NCBI GenBank assembly: GCA_016746295.1
Contig: JAEAOA010000900.1
Span: forward strand, 2,426,807-2,490,806
Direction of reading: 5' to 3'
Source of the DNA: Potamilus streckersoni
Taxonomy: Eukaryota
Length of the DNA: 64,000 nucleotides
Positions within the stretch are counted from its first letter, which is position 1. Every line of letters begins with the position of its first letter. The notes under the pieces are model-generated. The model did no database searches and was not told the origin of the DNA. It was given only the letters and a program-made list of their open reading frames with translations. The position numbers and the translations under genes are program-made. Below, piece by piece: positions 28,390-40,954 of this stretch.

Positions 28390-29645
28390 ACTAGTTTTGG
28401 ATGAAAGTACAGACATCAGTGAGACTGCTAACACTCATGAATGTAGATGAGGATTTCAATGTGCATGAATGCAACTCTTGAATGGTAATAAAAACAGTTC
28501 ACACATTTATGCAGCTCTTGATTCTGTGGTCAGTGAATATGGACAATTTCATAAATGTTCATGATGGTAACTGACAGTGCAAGAGCTATGATTGGCAGCA
28601 AATTGGGGTCAGTTGGTTTTCTTAAGGAAAATGGAGTGGAATATATCATACTACACTGCATTATGTGTCAAAATATTGCAGATGAGTGAAATAATGCAGT
28701 GTTTTCAGCTGAGCACATGAGGTTAATTAGAAGACGCAACAAATATCAAAAACATAGGAAATTCATAAATTTCCTTTAAGAAATGAATGTAGAATATAGT
28801 GATGTACCAATGCACTCAAATATCAGGTGGCTCAGTGCTAGGAACTCTGCATTTCCTTGCTTTACAAAAAGAAATCATTTACTTTCTTTAGAAAAATCAA
28901 ATTGAAAACAAGCATGAATAACAAAATCAACAGCAGGATAATAACTTTATTCTCTTCCTAGCATTTCTGGCAGATATGCCAAGTCACCTGGTTGGCCTGG
29001 TGTCATGATAATATGACTGGGTGGGACATCATGTTACATGTCTGTGGCATGATGCTCCAGTGCTAGACATCACTATAACCTGCCACATTGCAGACATCGT
29101 AGCGATATGACTGAAAAATTGTTAAAGCTATGTTAAAAATTATAAACACCACACTAAGTCATCAGAATGTTTTGAACCTGAGTTTACAAGCTAGTTGGAC
29201 ACACTGGAAGGTTTCTGCAAGAATCTGCAACTATTCATTGTGTGTTTAAAAAAAGTTGATCTTGCACAGTTTCTTGTAGTGAGCTGACACAGATGATGCT
29301 TTTGCAGACTTTTCAAGCGAGTTTGACTTAATTTGCAGACTGACAAACTAATTCCCAGTCTACAGTTGTTTAACAATCTGATGGAAGCAGCAGTAGAATC
29401 ACCAGATCTTCAGCTAGAATTGCATGAATTGCAAAATGACTAACTTACTAACAAAACAAAAATGAAGCCATGATATATTCTGGAAGTTGGTTTATGCAAA
29501 GATCAATTCCCAAAGCTAAACAATTTTGCACTCAAGATACATGTAATGTTTGGCAGTACTTATATCTATGAAAGCATATTTTCTGTGATGAAGCTAGTGC
29601 AATCCAGAGCCTGAAACCAAATGAGAAATGAAACACTGGATGTAA
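28390..29645 (+). pseudogene. Degraded hAT (Charlie/Ac-like) transposase with stops and frameshifts; remnant of a hAT DNA transposon
   Basis: The hallmark motifs appear in order on the plus strand: LDESTDISETAN (28397), VTDSARAMIGSKLGSVGFLKENGVEYIILHCIMCQNIADE (28564-28683), NIRWLSARNS (about 28820), and the hATC dimerisation domain FPKLNNFALKIHVMFGSTYIYESIFSVMKLVQSRA (29505-29610). Stops interrupt the frames. TIRs were not identified. Confidence 0.6.
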
Positions 29646-30138
29646 GTCTTTGACTTGCTACAAACATTGATACTGACTCTGGTAAAAGAAAAACCTCACC
29701 ACCAGATTCCCCATTAGTAGGAATAAAAGAAGCATTATCTCAATATAAATTTAATGTATAAACGTCATTAGGAAATTTTTTTCTTTCTTCTATCCATTGT
29801 ACTTTTCATCCATTATTTCAATGAGCTTTTGTAAAACCAGTTAAAGATATATGAGTGTAATGGTAAAAGATAAAATTAAAAAGCATTTCCCTTCAAGCAT
29901 TACAGTTTTGGTCCATGTGGCCCATAATGCAGAAGACGTCACACCACCCTGTGCTAAAAGATCATTTTATATTTGGGCAGATATTATTCCATTCATTGGT
30001 GTACATTTTTTGCAAGAGTTTAACTTTGACTAGTGAATACTAGTATTTATTTGTATTGTTAATTAGTCTGGGTCTGTAATTTCTATGTACATAACAAATG
30101 TATGTAAAACATGTATGTGAGATGGGTAATGATTGATT

Positions 30139-30175
<37 letters not shown>

Positions 30176-32612
30176 CTCTCTGAAGGCTTCAAGGTAGATT
30201 AGTTCTGTTTTTTAACTAACAGAGTTACACTCATTAACTATTATTATTATTATGATAACTATAGTACTGTAGTATCAGAAATTATCATGTCAGAACAATA
30301 TTTATGGTTTTTGTTTTTGCTGGAACCAAAATTTGAAAACCCAATGAAAAATCAACTTTATTTGAAGATTACTCAACCTCATGTCATCCATTTTCTTATT
30401 GTTTGTTATTAGATATTAAGATATTAACAAAGCTACTACTACTTGATAAGTCATTGTCAATATTGTAATTTGGCAATTAAATATTAATTTTGTACATGTG
30501 ATTGTTTTATTTTAATCCTTATGAAAAGAATTATAAAACATATAGTTTCAGTGCTCATACTGCAATAAGTTATCAGGTAGCTATAATTTACATTCACTGC
30601 CATAAATCAAAATATGAGATAACTAATGATAGAAACAAGAAAATGTATAAGGTATTAAAGCACTAGTAATACTGAAAATATAGAAAGAATGATAAAAAGT
30701 ACAAATATATTAAAATTAAATTTAACATTTATTCAAATCAATCAAAACATTTTAATCTTTCTTAAAGAACATTCAATTTTTGCCATGAATTTTTAATCCA
30801 AAATAACAAGCCTGTAAAATACTAGAACTATTGTTTGAAGCTCTATTATTAATGAAACACTATGCATTGTTATGTATACTTAATTTGTATTGTGAAATTG
30901 ACCTTCCTCCATAACTGAGCAGAAATTTAGGCCTACATGCTTGTCATTCATTTTTGGGTAAACATGTTTACTTGGTTTTGGGTTCTGGATACAGCCTTGA
31001 TTCTGACCCAAGATGATTCCAGAAATGAATTTTGTTTACAGTCTGTTAAAATTTATATTATGATGACCCTCATCCTGGTCCTAATATTGTGTCTTAAATT
31101 TTTATATTTTTTATTAGAATTATTCATTCCTAACTTAATATCTGATGTGGAATAATTTTTATAACTGTGTTCAGTTTTTAATCTGACAATTTAATTATGT
31201 AAATTATTCACTGGAATTAACAAATGGTCAATAATACTTTCAGCCTAAATCACTACCTTGCAATTATTAATAATTCATTTAGACATTCTTGATAACATCA
31301 TTGTGATGTATCAAGGCTGTTAGCATATCAACACTATTCTATGCTGTTGGTAAATAAACACTTTCAAGACTGAAATTCATTCCGAATACCGTCTACTTGT
31401 TGGAATGATATAACTTTTAGAACTATTTGGGATTTAATTCACAATACAGAAAGGTCTTTTAAATCTTTATTTTCTATTTGAGAGATATACATTTGTTGAA
31501 TTTTACAGAAATTCCTGGTTTTTACCTTTTCTGTTACTTAGTTTAAGAAAACAGTTGGAACAGTATATATACTAAATACAGCTCACACTTCACCAATTTT
31601 AGGACAAAGCCACTGTATCAACAACATGTCAATCAAATTTTTTGGTTCACACAAATGCTTGTCAGGTAAATAATATCCAAAAATTCAAAATTAAAGGAGT
31701 TGAGCTTTTCAACACCACTATAAATTAGGTCAGATTTTTCACTCAGTTGTGTGAGTTACAATTATCCAATCAGCTTGATGTGGCTTGATTAATGAGGTTG
31801 CAAGGGTCACTTGTACAATGCACTGATTGTCACGAGTAACATCTTCCTTTTATGTGCATGACCTATATAGTATAATAGTTGTGGAATTTTAATTATTCTC
31901 TGTACTTTTTATATAAGTATAATGGTTGAAGTTGGTCTGTACATGAAGCTGGCACATGGAAATGAGTGATTCCACTGTCTTTCAATTTAGTTGGCATCTC
32001 TGCACTTTGGTGGAATTTGCTTCCTTTGATGTTCTGCATTCAGACGAAACCACAGTGTAAGTGACTGATACTGACAGGTGTTCTCTGGTGATCAAGTGGT
32101 ATGTTTTTTTTAGTGTTGTTGGTTGTGGACTTCCAATGATGATGTTATTCACTAAGATGAAAACAGGATAAGCTCTGAACTTGTCAGGTTTTTGCTTTAT
32201 GCCCATACATGTCGTAGTATTGTTTTAAACACTTCAGCATCAGCATAATTTTCATCTTTTGTAATCTTTATCTGGGGTTTATGTCGAGGATAAACCACAA
32301 AATTAAATACCTACTAATGTGCAACTTTGACAAGTAAAACCATAAATTTAAGTATTGATGGAATTTTCTCTTTTAAAAACAAAACCATGAAAATTAAGCC
32401 TCACTAAAATAAATGACAAATAAATAAAATAAATTTCAGTGGCCCATCTTTTCTGAGTTTCTGAGCTTCTTGCTCTGAAGGTTTCAGGAATATAGGACCA
32501 GTTCTTGAACATAATTACAGGACACAATGTAAAATAACTATTAGTAATGATCACAGTGTAAAAAGTATCAGAGTATAGTGTTATCTTGAGATTTGTTACA
32601 GATTTGCATTAC

Positions 32613-32773
32613 CAACCTTGGATAGCCATGTAAAAATGGACAAAGTGGACCTTTGAAGCATTCTCCATCCTCCCAAAATCGACAGGTAATATTGGCAATA
32701 TCATGAGCAAACTTGCAATCTGAACGTCGACAGATACCTTCCAAGAAGTAACTACAAGGCTTCCTCTGAAAAC
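32613..32773 (-). CDS. Coding exon with two tandem CCCH zinc fingers (…RKPCSYFLEGICRRSDCKFAHDIANITCRFWEDGECFKGPLCPFLHGYP…), ZC3H4/ZC3H6/ZC3H8 (Su(s))-like
   Basis: Acceptor ttttgcag|GT at plus 32774-32775. Two C-x7-C-x5-C-x3-H motifs follow the pattern C.YFLEG.C....C.F.HD typical of the first ZC3H4/6/8 finger. The ORF-track ORF 32609-32890 is a different, spurious frame. The donor is ambiguous: TTG|gtaatg gives an end at 32613, AAG|gttggt gives 32617. Confidence 0.65.
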
Positions 32774-32989
32774 CTGCAAAAATGAATATTTTAGAGAAAG
32801 TGCTACCTTTGTAGTCATTAAGGTATGTAATATATGTCTGTCTAGACTAAAACATATTATTTTGTATACTGTATAAGTTACTAAACACAAATCTATTGAA
32901 GGGACTGATACACTACTGTTTGAAAAGAATTTCTAATAACCTGACAATTCTTTTCTGTATTTTTATTTCTTGTAAAAGTGAGAAAACCT

Positions 32990-33098
32990 GCTAGTAGCCT
33001 TTCGTGGGTAGGTGGTTCTTCCCTGGGTTCTTCCTCCAACATTAATACTGGCCGCCATGTATAGCCTATCTTGTGCTGAAAAATGGCATTGAAACCCT
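32990..33098 (+). mobile_element. SINE 3' fragment in plus orientation
   Basis: …ggttcttccctgggttcttcctccaacattaatactggccgccatgtatagcctatcttgtgctgaaaaatggcattg. Confidence 0.5.
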
Positions 33099-34691
33099 AT
33101 AACATTTCTTGTAACAGCGAGAATGGTATCATAACCATCTCTAATACTGATTGTGTAGCTCAAATAAACCAATAAAGGTTAAGACAGATATTTCTTTACA
33201 TGTCACAATGTTCACAAGATACATCCATGTGCAGTACAAAATTCTTTTTCATGGTGTTTAACCATGAACCTGATATCATGGATAGAAAATCAATGCATAT
33301 GTCTCAATTTAAGGATAGAGCATCCTAAATTTGGTTAAATCCATGAGGGGGAGTCATCCAACTAGATCCATTCAAGGTATTCTTTTAATATATTCACAAA
33401 GGTTTCATAAAAAATCCATACACACCTGTTCATGTTATCATGCTCACTAGCTAGTGCAGATAAATGCCATGCAAAGATCTTGGGAGCCTTAAAATCAATG
33501 TATTTAATTGCCTATCAACTTGTCTGCATGAATGTAACTAAATACTAACACGAATCAAAATAAATTTCAAAATGCACAACTTCAAGTCACAATGTTCATA
33601 AGCACATTACACCTAAAAATGCAAAAACTGACCTTTGGCCTTGTTCCCAAGGAAAATTAGGTCCGTTTTTGAAACTACCCCAAACAAGCCTTACCTGCCA
33701 AGTTATGCAGTGCAACACAAATTCCCAAATATCCAGTGATGACAAATGGCTCAGGAGAGCCAATTTCTAACACTAGCAAAATAGCTTCTTTCACAAAAAC
33801 ATGCTGATTTGAGAAATTGCAGATTATTAATGCCTTCAGAAAGCTATCAATTAATGGGTTTATTTGAACTGTATTTAGCAAAATATATATTGTCACACAA
33901 ACATTATTCTATTAGCTGTTTTGGAGGGTGAATTAGCATCATTTTAATATAGGAACAACTAAATACTGGAAGAATGATTTCTTTGATATGAAACTCTAAA
34001 TAATACTTTTTTCTTTGCCTTTTTATATAAACCTCAACCTGGTGTTCTCACACTGGAGGAGGATTTTGCATATAATTTTCCTAAGTCATCAGACTCTGCA
34101 AAGTCTTATCAATATTCCGAACCTATCAACCAGAGACCCGAGTGTCATAGTGTTATTTCAAAGGGTCTGCAACTGAATGACTTGCACATGTAATACTGTT
34201 TTCAAATGTATTTTTGTTTTTGTGATGAATAAAATATGAATTTATTTACAGTGGTTAGTGAGTTCAGTTGTCTGTCATATTTTCTCAATTAACTGAGCCT
34301 AAATGAACAACTAATAGCATGTGGGGAGTTCAAGACATCTTTTGAATGTAAGATGGGGTCCTTATAATTGAAAAGGTTGGGAACTGCTGATGTAGAATAG
34401 CTATTAAAATGGTTTGGATGACTGGAAGGATAAAAATGGGTACAAAGGCAAAATTTTATTTAATACACTCACACTCTAGAAAACCCATCACAAAGATATG
34501 TAAATAATAATAGCTTTAAATCATACAAAACTTGTAAAATAAATTGTTGCCAATTGAGGCAATTAGCAATGCATATGTCATTAACCAAACAAACTATTTT
34601 GAAAAAAGTCTTTCATTCAATAACTATTTTTTGTTAAACAAATATCTTGACTAAATCTTCCTTTTAAGTGATGGGACTTCAGATAACTTAC

Positions 34692-34803
34692 GTGACTTCT
34701 TGAGATGTCTTGACTGGTCATCTCGATTCAACCATTCCCTCTCTAGCTCTGATGAATATAATGCTTCACCAGGCATGGGTACTAATGTACCATCACCATA
34801 AGA
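34692..34803 (-). CDS. Coding exon (112 nt, phase 0 start, phase 1 end) encoding SYGDGTLVPMPGEALYSSELEREWLNRDDQSRHLKKS; proposed exon following the giant exon
   Basis: On the minus strand the acceptor is ttttttgcag|TCT and the donor is GTCAC|gtaagt. The frame is open. Joining it to the exon at 32773 gives ...KKS-R-FQRKPCSYF..., which runs straight into a CCCH finger in frame. Confidence 0.5.
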
Positions 34804-35559
34804 CTGCAAAAAACCATGTTATAAAGTTCTAATTTATTGTAACAATGCAATATAAATTTGGTGGAAATGAATGGAATACTAACAATAATTGTGATTAAAG
34901 TCAATCATTAGGCTCCTGTTTTTGGCAAAGCAGTTTTTTTTTCTGCAGCAATATCAACATAAATGCTTCACTTATAATCCAAGTTGATTGCTAAATAAAG
35001 AATATCAACATCAGACTTAACGAATATATCTGATAAACAGAGCAAAGGGTCTTCTTTCGTCTTTTCCATGTTGCACTTTTGAGTTGATCATCAGTTTTAA
35101 ACTGATTGACTGGTCTGTCCACAACATCTTGCCAAACCTTATTATTTTCTAGTGGCATCTGGGAAGTAATAATAAATACTATTTTCAAATAAATCTCACA
35201 AAACTAATGAAAAAATATTTTTGAAAATGGGGGAAAAACTGCCTGGACTTTTTACCCCACTTTCCTGGAAGAAAAAAAAAAAACCATTAAAGTAGGACCA
35301 GGTTTGTCAAGCATGGCAGTACTGGCAAACAACATCAAAATGGCAGAGCATGTCACTAAATGAAATGTTTCAGATTTTTAATCATTCATCCCAAGTGGCA
35401 AAAAAATCCCCTAAAAAATTTAGGAAATAGCAGCAAATTAAGTCTTTAATTAACTGCAGATCCTCAAAGGGAATGATTCTCTACTGGCTTAAAAGAATTT
35501 CCAGGAATTCAAGAAAACACAATTTTTTCCCCTTTAACTGGTGAGTGTTGAAACCAATT

Positions 35560-36900
35560 CTTCAGCAATAACAGGATATTTAAATTAGCTGCTGTGGTGG
35601 AAATGCTTATGTCATTCTGGCACCAATTTCATTTAGAACCAATAAGACTTAATTCAGGACCAATAGGACTGTTTTGGAGGTGGTTTGGTTTTGTGGTTTA
35701 TTGCGAGGAAGAATTCAGAAAAACCCTGGGAAACACCACCAACCCATGGGAAACTCGTAGCATGATTTCTCTCTCACCATTGTTGGCAAGATCTAGACTT
35801 AAACAGAAATGAGTTCTGAGTCATATATAAGATGAGTAACTCAGACCACTTGGCCTCCTTCCTGCTTTGGCGAAGTAATGATACAATTTTCAAGATGGGT
35901 GCTATAGCAGATATATTATTGGCACCATTTCCATTTACCAACTTATACATCATAAGAAGTCTTTTGGTGAATGTATAATATTGATATGAATAGCCATCTA
36001 GGAAAAGCAGTTATATGATTATATGATTTTCAAGATGGCCACTGTCCTGTTCATATCAAAATTAAGATTGGCACCATTTCTTTTTATGAATAATTAGACA
36101 TCATAAGAAGTTACCGGTGAAAATAACATGCTGAACTACTGATTCTGGACTACTGATCAGATATTCAAGATGGCCACTGTGACAGCCATACTACATGTCT
36201 GAGTAGCACATCTTTCATTCAGGACCAACTAGATATTATAGTAAGACATTTTGTTACACAAAAAAATGTAGATACAACCATTCATTCTGAAGCAATCAAC
36301 ATTTTCAAACTGTGGTGGCCATACTGTAGCTCAGAATGGCACCATTTTCAAGGATAACTAGACATCAAAAGATGTCTTCTGGTGAAATCCTCATGTCCGG
36401 GTCACCTTCCATACATGAGTAGCAATAACAAGATTTTCAAGTTGGCTGCTGTGGTGACCATAAGACATTAGATCCATTTAGGACTAACTAGGCATCATAA
36501 TAAGTCTTCCAGTGAAAACTCTGATCATCCATTCAGAAACAGTGATAACAAGATTTTCAAGCTGGCCACCATGGCAGCCATATCCTATTTATCTGTCACA
36601 ATTAAGACCAACTACATAAGAATCAATTTTCTGATGAAAACCCCATGTCAATATGACTATTCCATTCAGGAGAAGTAGTGATAACAAGATTTCCTAGATG
36701 GCTGCAATTGCAGCATACTGGACATCAGATACACTATTTTCAGTTAGGAGAAATTTGACATCAGAAGAAGTCATTCAGTAAAATGCCCATGATAATACGA
36801 CCATCCACTGACAAAGAGTAGTAAAAACACTATTTTTAAGATGGCCACTGCATCAGTCTTACTGGATGGCACCATTTTTATTTATAACTAGTCCATGGAG
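35560..36900. repeat. Intronic tandem (satellite-like) array, about 8-9 units of roughly 130-148 bp
   Basis: Motifs recur in register: gattttcaagatggccactg / ggcaccatttc…catcataagaagtc… at about 35882, 36030, 36165, 36290, 36438, 36555, 36690 and 36838. Confidence 0.75.
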
Positions 36901-37905
36901 CACATGTGTAAAGATTCTAGGTAATCCTCTATGTTTTTTAGGAGTAATAGCAAGAAGTTGTGCAAAAGAATGCAAAGATGATGGATGAACAACAGACCAT
37001 CTGGTAACTTCTTTTAAAAACCTTCAACCAAAAAACCTTAATGCAAAATTTCTGTGATATTGACCCTCAAGATGAAAGGGGTGAGCTAGTGTGTTGCAGA
37101 ATAAGCCGTCTGAGATTCATAGTGATTCATGCAAAGTATAATGATATAAACACACACACACACACACAAAAGAAATATGTTAACCAGAATGTTGACAACT
37201 CTGCTGTTGCTGCCAGTAGTCAGGTAACTGATAAGCCTTGCTTTCCATTAACATGAGCACAACACAAACACAAACATAAAAAAAAAAGAGTTAACAAACA
37301 CCCTCTGGAAACTTCACAGTTGTGTGCCTTTACACAGTAAACTTTTAATAACAAGATGCTTATTAAAACCTGCATGTTGAGCCAGCCTGAGGTGCAGTAA
37401 TGAGAGCATTATAGTTAGATAAAGGTAAGTACATACTGAGGAGAAGAGGTTGGGAATGGTATTGAAATAAATGTGTAGAAAACAACAATGGGTTGATAGG
37501 TTGAAAATATACAAATTTGATTAATTCAAGATTACACTAAAAATGCTGAGGGCAAATAAGTACTCTAAACAGCATTGCACCAGTCTGCAAGCACCATGTT
37601 CAATATATTTTGCATGTCCTTTCAGGCAAAAATTTAATCATAAGTTGATAACAGCTGTGATCAATGAGTGCTAATTTACTATCAAGTCTCACCCATGAAA
37701 TATAACCAGTAAAGTAGAAATGTGTTAACAGACTACAAATGTTGTAGCATAATGCCACCATAAGCTCATCTAAAATGTAACACTTATCTGGACAGCTGAC
37801 TAGACTGGAGCAAGACTATTAATATCCCAGCCACATTTATCATACCAAATAAATTTGATCAAAATGAAACAGAATGAGACAATTTTGAGAAGAGGGCATG
37901 CTTAC

Positions 37906-40900
37906 CTTATCACCCACATCTTGGCTTGACTGTCTGTCCTTATAGACAAGTTTGACACTGACATAATCATTAAAACTGCCATTTAAATTGGGGTTTAATG
38001 TTTTCAGTAACTGTCCAGTGTCCAAAACTTTGGCTTCTGTCCATTCAGTCAGCTTAGTCACAGGCGATTCCTCTGTACATTCAGGGATTGCCTCTGAAAA
38101 CTCACCCTGACACACATTAATTTGTTCATCTTGTAAATGAACCCCTAAATCAAGATGCTTATCATGTGTATGAGCCCCTGAACCAAATGGGTAGTCCATA
38201 TTCTCTAACATCAGATATTCTCCAACAGGCAGACAAGGTTCCCTTTGCACTTCATGAAGTGATAAGCATGAGATGTCAGGAATCAGAGAATCTTGTCCTG
38301 TGCTCCAGATTTTTTGGTATTTTTCATCAATCTGTCCATCAAATCCAAAATACTGAGGATCATAGTCAGTACCCCATATTTCCTGAACTGACCAATGTGT
38401 TCCTGCTTGACATCCTGCATTATTCTCTTCTTCAACATTTTTAATATCCACTTTTCTGTCTGATAATTCATTTTCTTGGCAAACATACTGTAAATTGCCA
38501 GCTGCAGAATCTGACCCAAGGTTTGAATCAGAAACATTTTCATTCCAATATTGTTCAGTTTTCTCCTCAAAACTCTGTTCTTGGTCTAAGATGGAGATCC
38601 CATAATCTGTCTCATAAGCAGAGTCAATATTGGCTGAGTGCTTCTCTTTCTCAGTCTTTCCCATAACATCTGCTGTAGCCTCTTTGTCAAGTAATTGTTC
38701 CTCAACTGTTGCCATTGTTATTGCCTCTGGTGTTTTGCAATCAATTTCTGAACTTTTTGTGCCTTCACATGATGTGTTAGCTGTGCCATTGTTTTCTAAA
38801 CTATCCCCAGTTTGAATGTACTTGCTGGAGTTTTTCAATTTGAACTTTGGCACAAAACTATCCCCATCCTCTTCAGCTCCATCCCCTCTGCAGTGATACT
38901 GCTGATAAGGCGTTTTTGACGCAAAATATCCTCCAAAGAGATCATGTGAAAGATGAGCTGGTTCTTTAGGTTGAATTGTTGACAACTCTGGTGCATAAGC
39001 TGGTGTGATTGGCCTAAAATGAGTTTTTGGCGAGAAGTAGAGATGTTCTTGGGGCGACTTGGTTTGTTTATCCCCAGAATCTATCTGGACATCTGCAAAG
39101 AATTGCCGATAAAGCACAAGGTTTGGTTCACTGTGGACATGTGGCAGTTTTCTTGGGACATCATCAAACGCTGAATGCTCTGAAGGTACTAGTTCAAAAC
39201 TCTGTGACAATTTTGGATTTGGAATAAACTGTGACTGCTCATCTGTATCCCAGAAAGAGACATTCCCTAGTGATGTACTTCTTTCAAAGAGCACACTTGC
39301 ATTATCTCTTTCAAAGACTCTATCATCCAAGTTTTCATCTAAATCTAATTCAACTGAGATTTTTGGAATCAAGGTATTTTTGCCCAAATCAGAGTTCTGC
39401 TGCTGAATCTCCTTTTCTAAATTATTTTCAAACCAAAGACCAAGTATGGGTTGAAGACTTGAGCTCCATGGTGAGGTTTTGGCTTTCAATTGGTTGTTCA
39501 CATTCCAAAGCTGAGAAAAGTTCTCCCAATCACCCAGTTGTTGCATTCTTTTATCCCATGACCATCCCCAAATGTTTGCTTCTTCTTCTGAGTTGAAACT
39601 ATTAAGAAATTCATTGAAGAGGATTTTGCTCTGCCAGCATGGTACAGGTCCTGGTTCGACTGGGTAATCCTCAGCACAAGTCCACAGGCTGGAGTCAAAA
39701 CAGGCATCATAAGCAGAAAATCCTTGCACATCCAAAAATCTTGACAAGTATTGCCAATCTACTAAGGATAAAGAGGTAGTGGGAGAAGCACTATCAGACT
39801 TCAGTCTTAGCTTGGATGTAATTGATGGTTTCCCTTCTGTGATGGTATCAATGCAACCTGTTGGTGCTGGGATGAAAAACACTTCATCTTCTTCTGATGG
39901 TTTTCTGGAAGACATGGTGAATCTAGGCACTTTAAAACAAGCTTCATTATTTTTTTCCATTAAATCAGAAGTTGAAACTTGCCAGAGATTTGGGTCAACT
40001 TTTATGGTGTTCCAACCTAATGTAACCATGCATGATTCATCAGTTTCTAGTTTTTCAACTAGCTCTTCTATAGGTCTCAAAGCATCGTCATTATGTAATG
40101 GCATCTCCAGCTCTGATGTTAGCCAAGCTGGAATTAAGAGATTACCATCCATCAGAATATCTTCATCATCTACACGATCAACATAATTTTCACAATCAAA
40201 CAAAGTAGGACTAGACTTGTCACTTTGGAATTTGATGTCTTCTCCACATGGAGAAAGATGTGGATAACTATTCCTCTTGTACAGTGGCTGCTTGCAAGCA
40301 TTTCCAGCAGGCTGATTGAAAATCTCCATAGGTTCTGTGTACCAATCAGTATTTTCTTGTAACTCTGGACTAATACTATTAGCTCTTTGTTTGTCTGCAG
40401 ACACCAAAGACTCGGGTGATTTTCTTACTTGAACCTTGGAACTTGGTTCCTCATCTACATCCTCAAGCTCTTTGTATCGTTTGTCTGGAATTGGCAAAAG
40501 CATCCCTTTCAGTAAAGACTCTACCCTTGTGCATAGCTCTTCATTACTTCGAGCAATCTTTTTCTTGGACTTTTCTTCTAAGTATCTTACATCATTCTCT
40601 GCATAGCTCACTGGCCAACTGCGGAACCTCCTAGATTTTACAGAATCATCTACTTCCTCTTTTGAAGACTGACTACTTGACTTAGATCTGTGATTTTGGG
40701 TTGAGCAAAATTTGTTATCTAACTTATTCCCTTTATTACTTGCATGGTCTTTCTTATCCTTTGATATTTTGCCTGTATCAGATAAGGAGATACAATGTTG
40801 ATTCTCTTTTCTCTTTTTTTCCTCATCTTCAACAGCAGCCAGGGCTGCTGATTTTACCAAGGGGTTTTTCTTCCATACTGTGTCTTTTGGGATGGCAAGG

Positions 40901-40954
40901 GAAGGTTCAGTACACTTATCTTGTCCATGCAAAGCAGGAAAGGCAGCATAATAT
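37906..40954 (-). CDS. Giant internal coding exon (3049 nt, phase 2 start, phase 0 end) encoding about 1016 aa of Ser/Glu/Asp/Lys/Asn-rich low-complexity sequence; proposed 5' part of a ZC3H4/6/8-like CCCH zinc-finger gene
   Basis: The frame is open for 3.1 kb on the minus strand in AT-rich DNA, which cannot happen by chance. On the minus strand the acceptor reads tttcag|A (plus 40955-40960 = ctgaaa) and the donor reads GATAAG|gtaagc (plus 37900-37905 = gcttac). The phase matches the downstream exons 34692-34803 and 32613-32773. The first ORF-track codon is TTG, not ATG; the open frame runs upstream to 40965. Confidence 0.8.

Noticed and set aside
30000-32600. Third CCCH finger exon of the ZC3H-like gene
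   Set aside because: I searched the minus strand downstream of 32613 for a C.(F/Y)….C…C.F.H frame with a phase-compatible acceptor. None was found, so it is either beyond an intron I could not resolve or absent.
35560-36900. CRISPR array
   Set aside because: The units are about 135 bp, degenerate, with no repeat-spacer organisation, and lie in a eukaryotic intron. This is a satellite.
39231-40186. Plus-strand ORFs of 121 and 135 aa antisense to the giant exon
   Set aside because: They lie inside a 3-kb minus-strand coding exon. Their existence is a by-product of the biased codon composition of the low-complexity sense frame.
37906-40954. Calling the giant exon a GW182/TNRC6-like Argonaute-binding protein because of W-acidic motifs
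   Set aside because: Tryptophan content is only about 2% (22 W in about 1016 aa), far below GW182 N-terminal regions, and true GW/WG dipeptides are few. The adjacent in-frame CCCH fingers point to a ZC3H-type protein instead.
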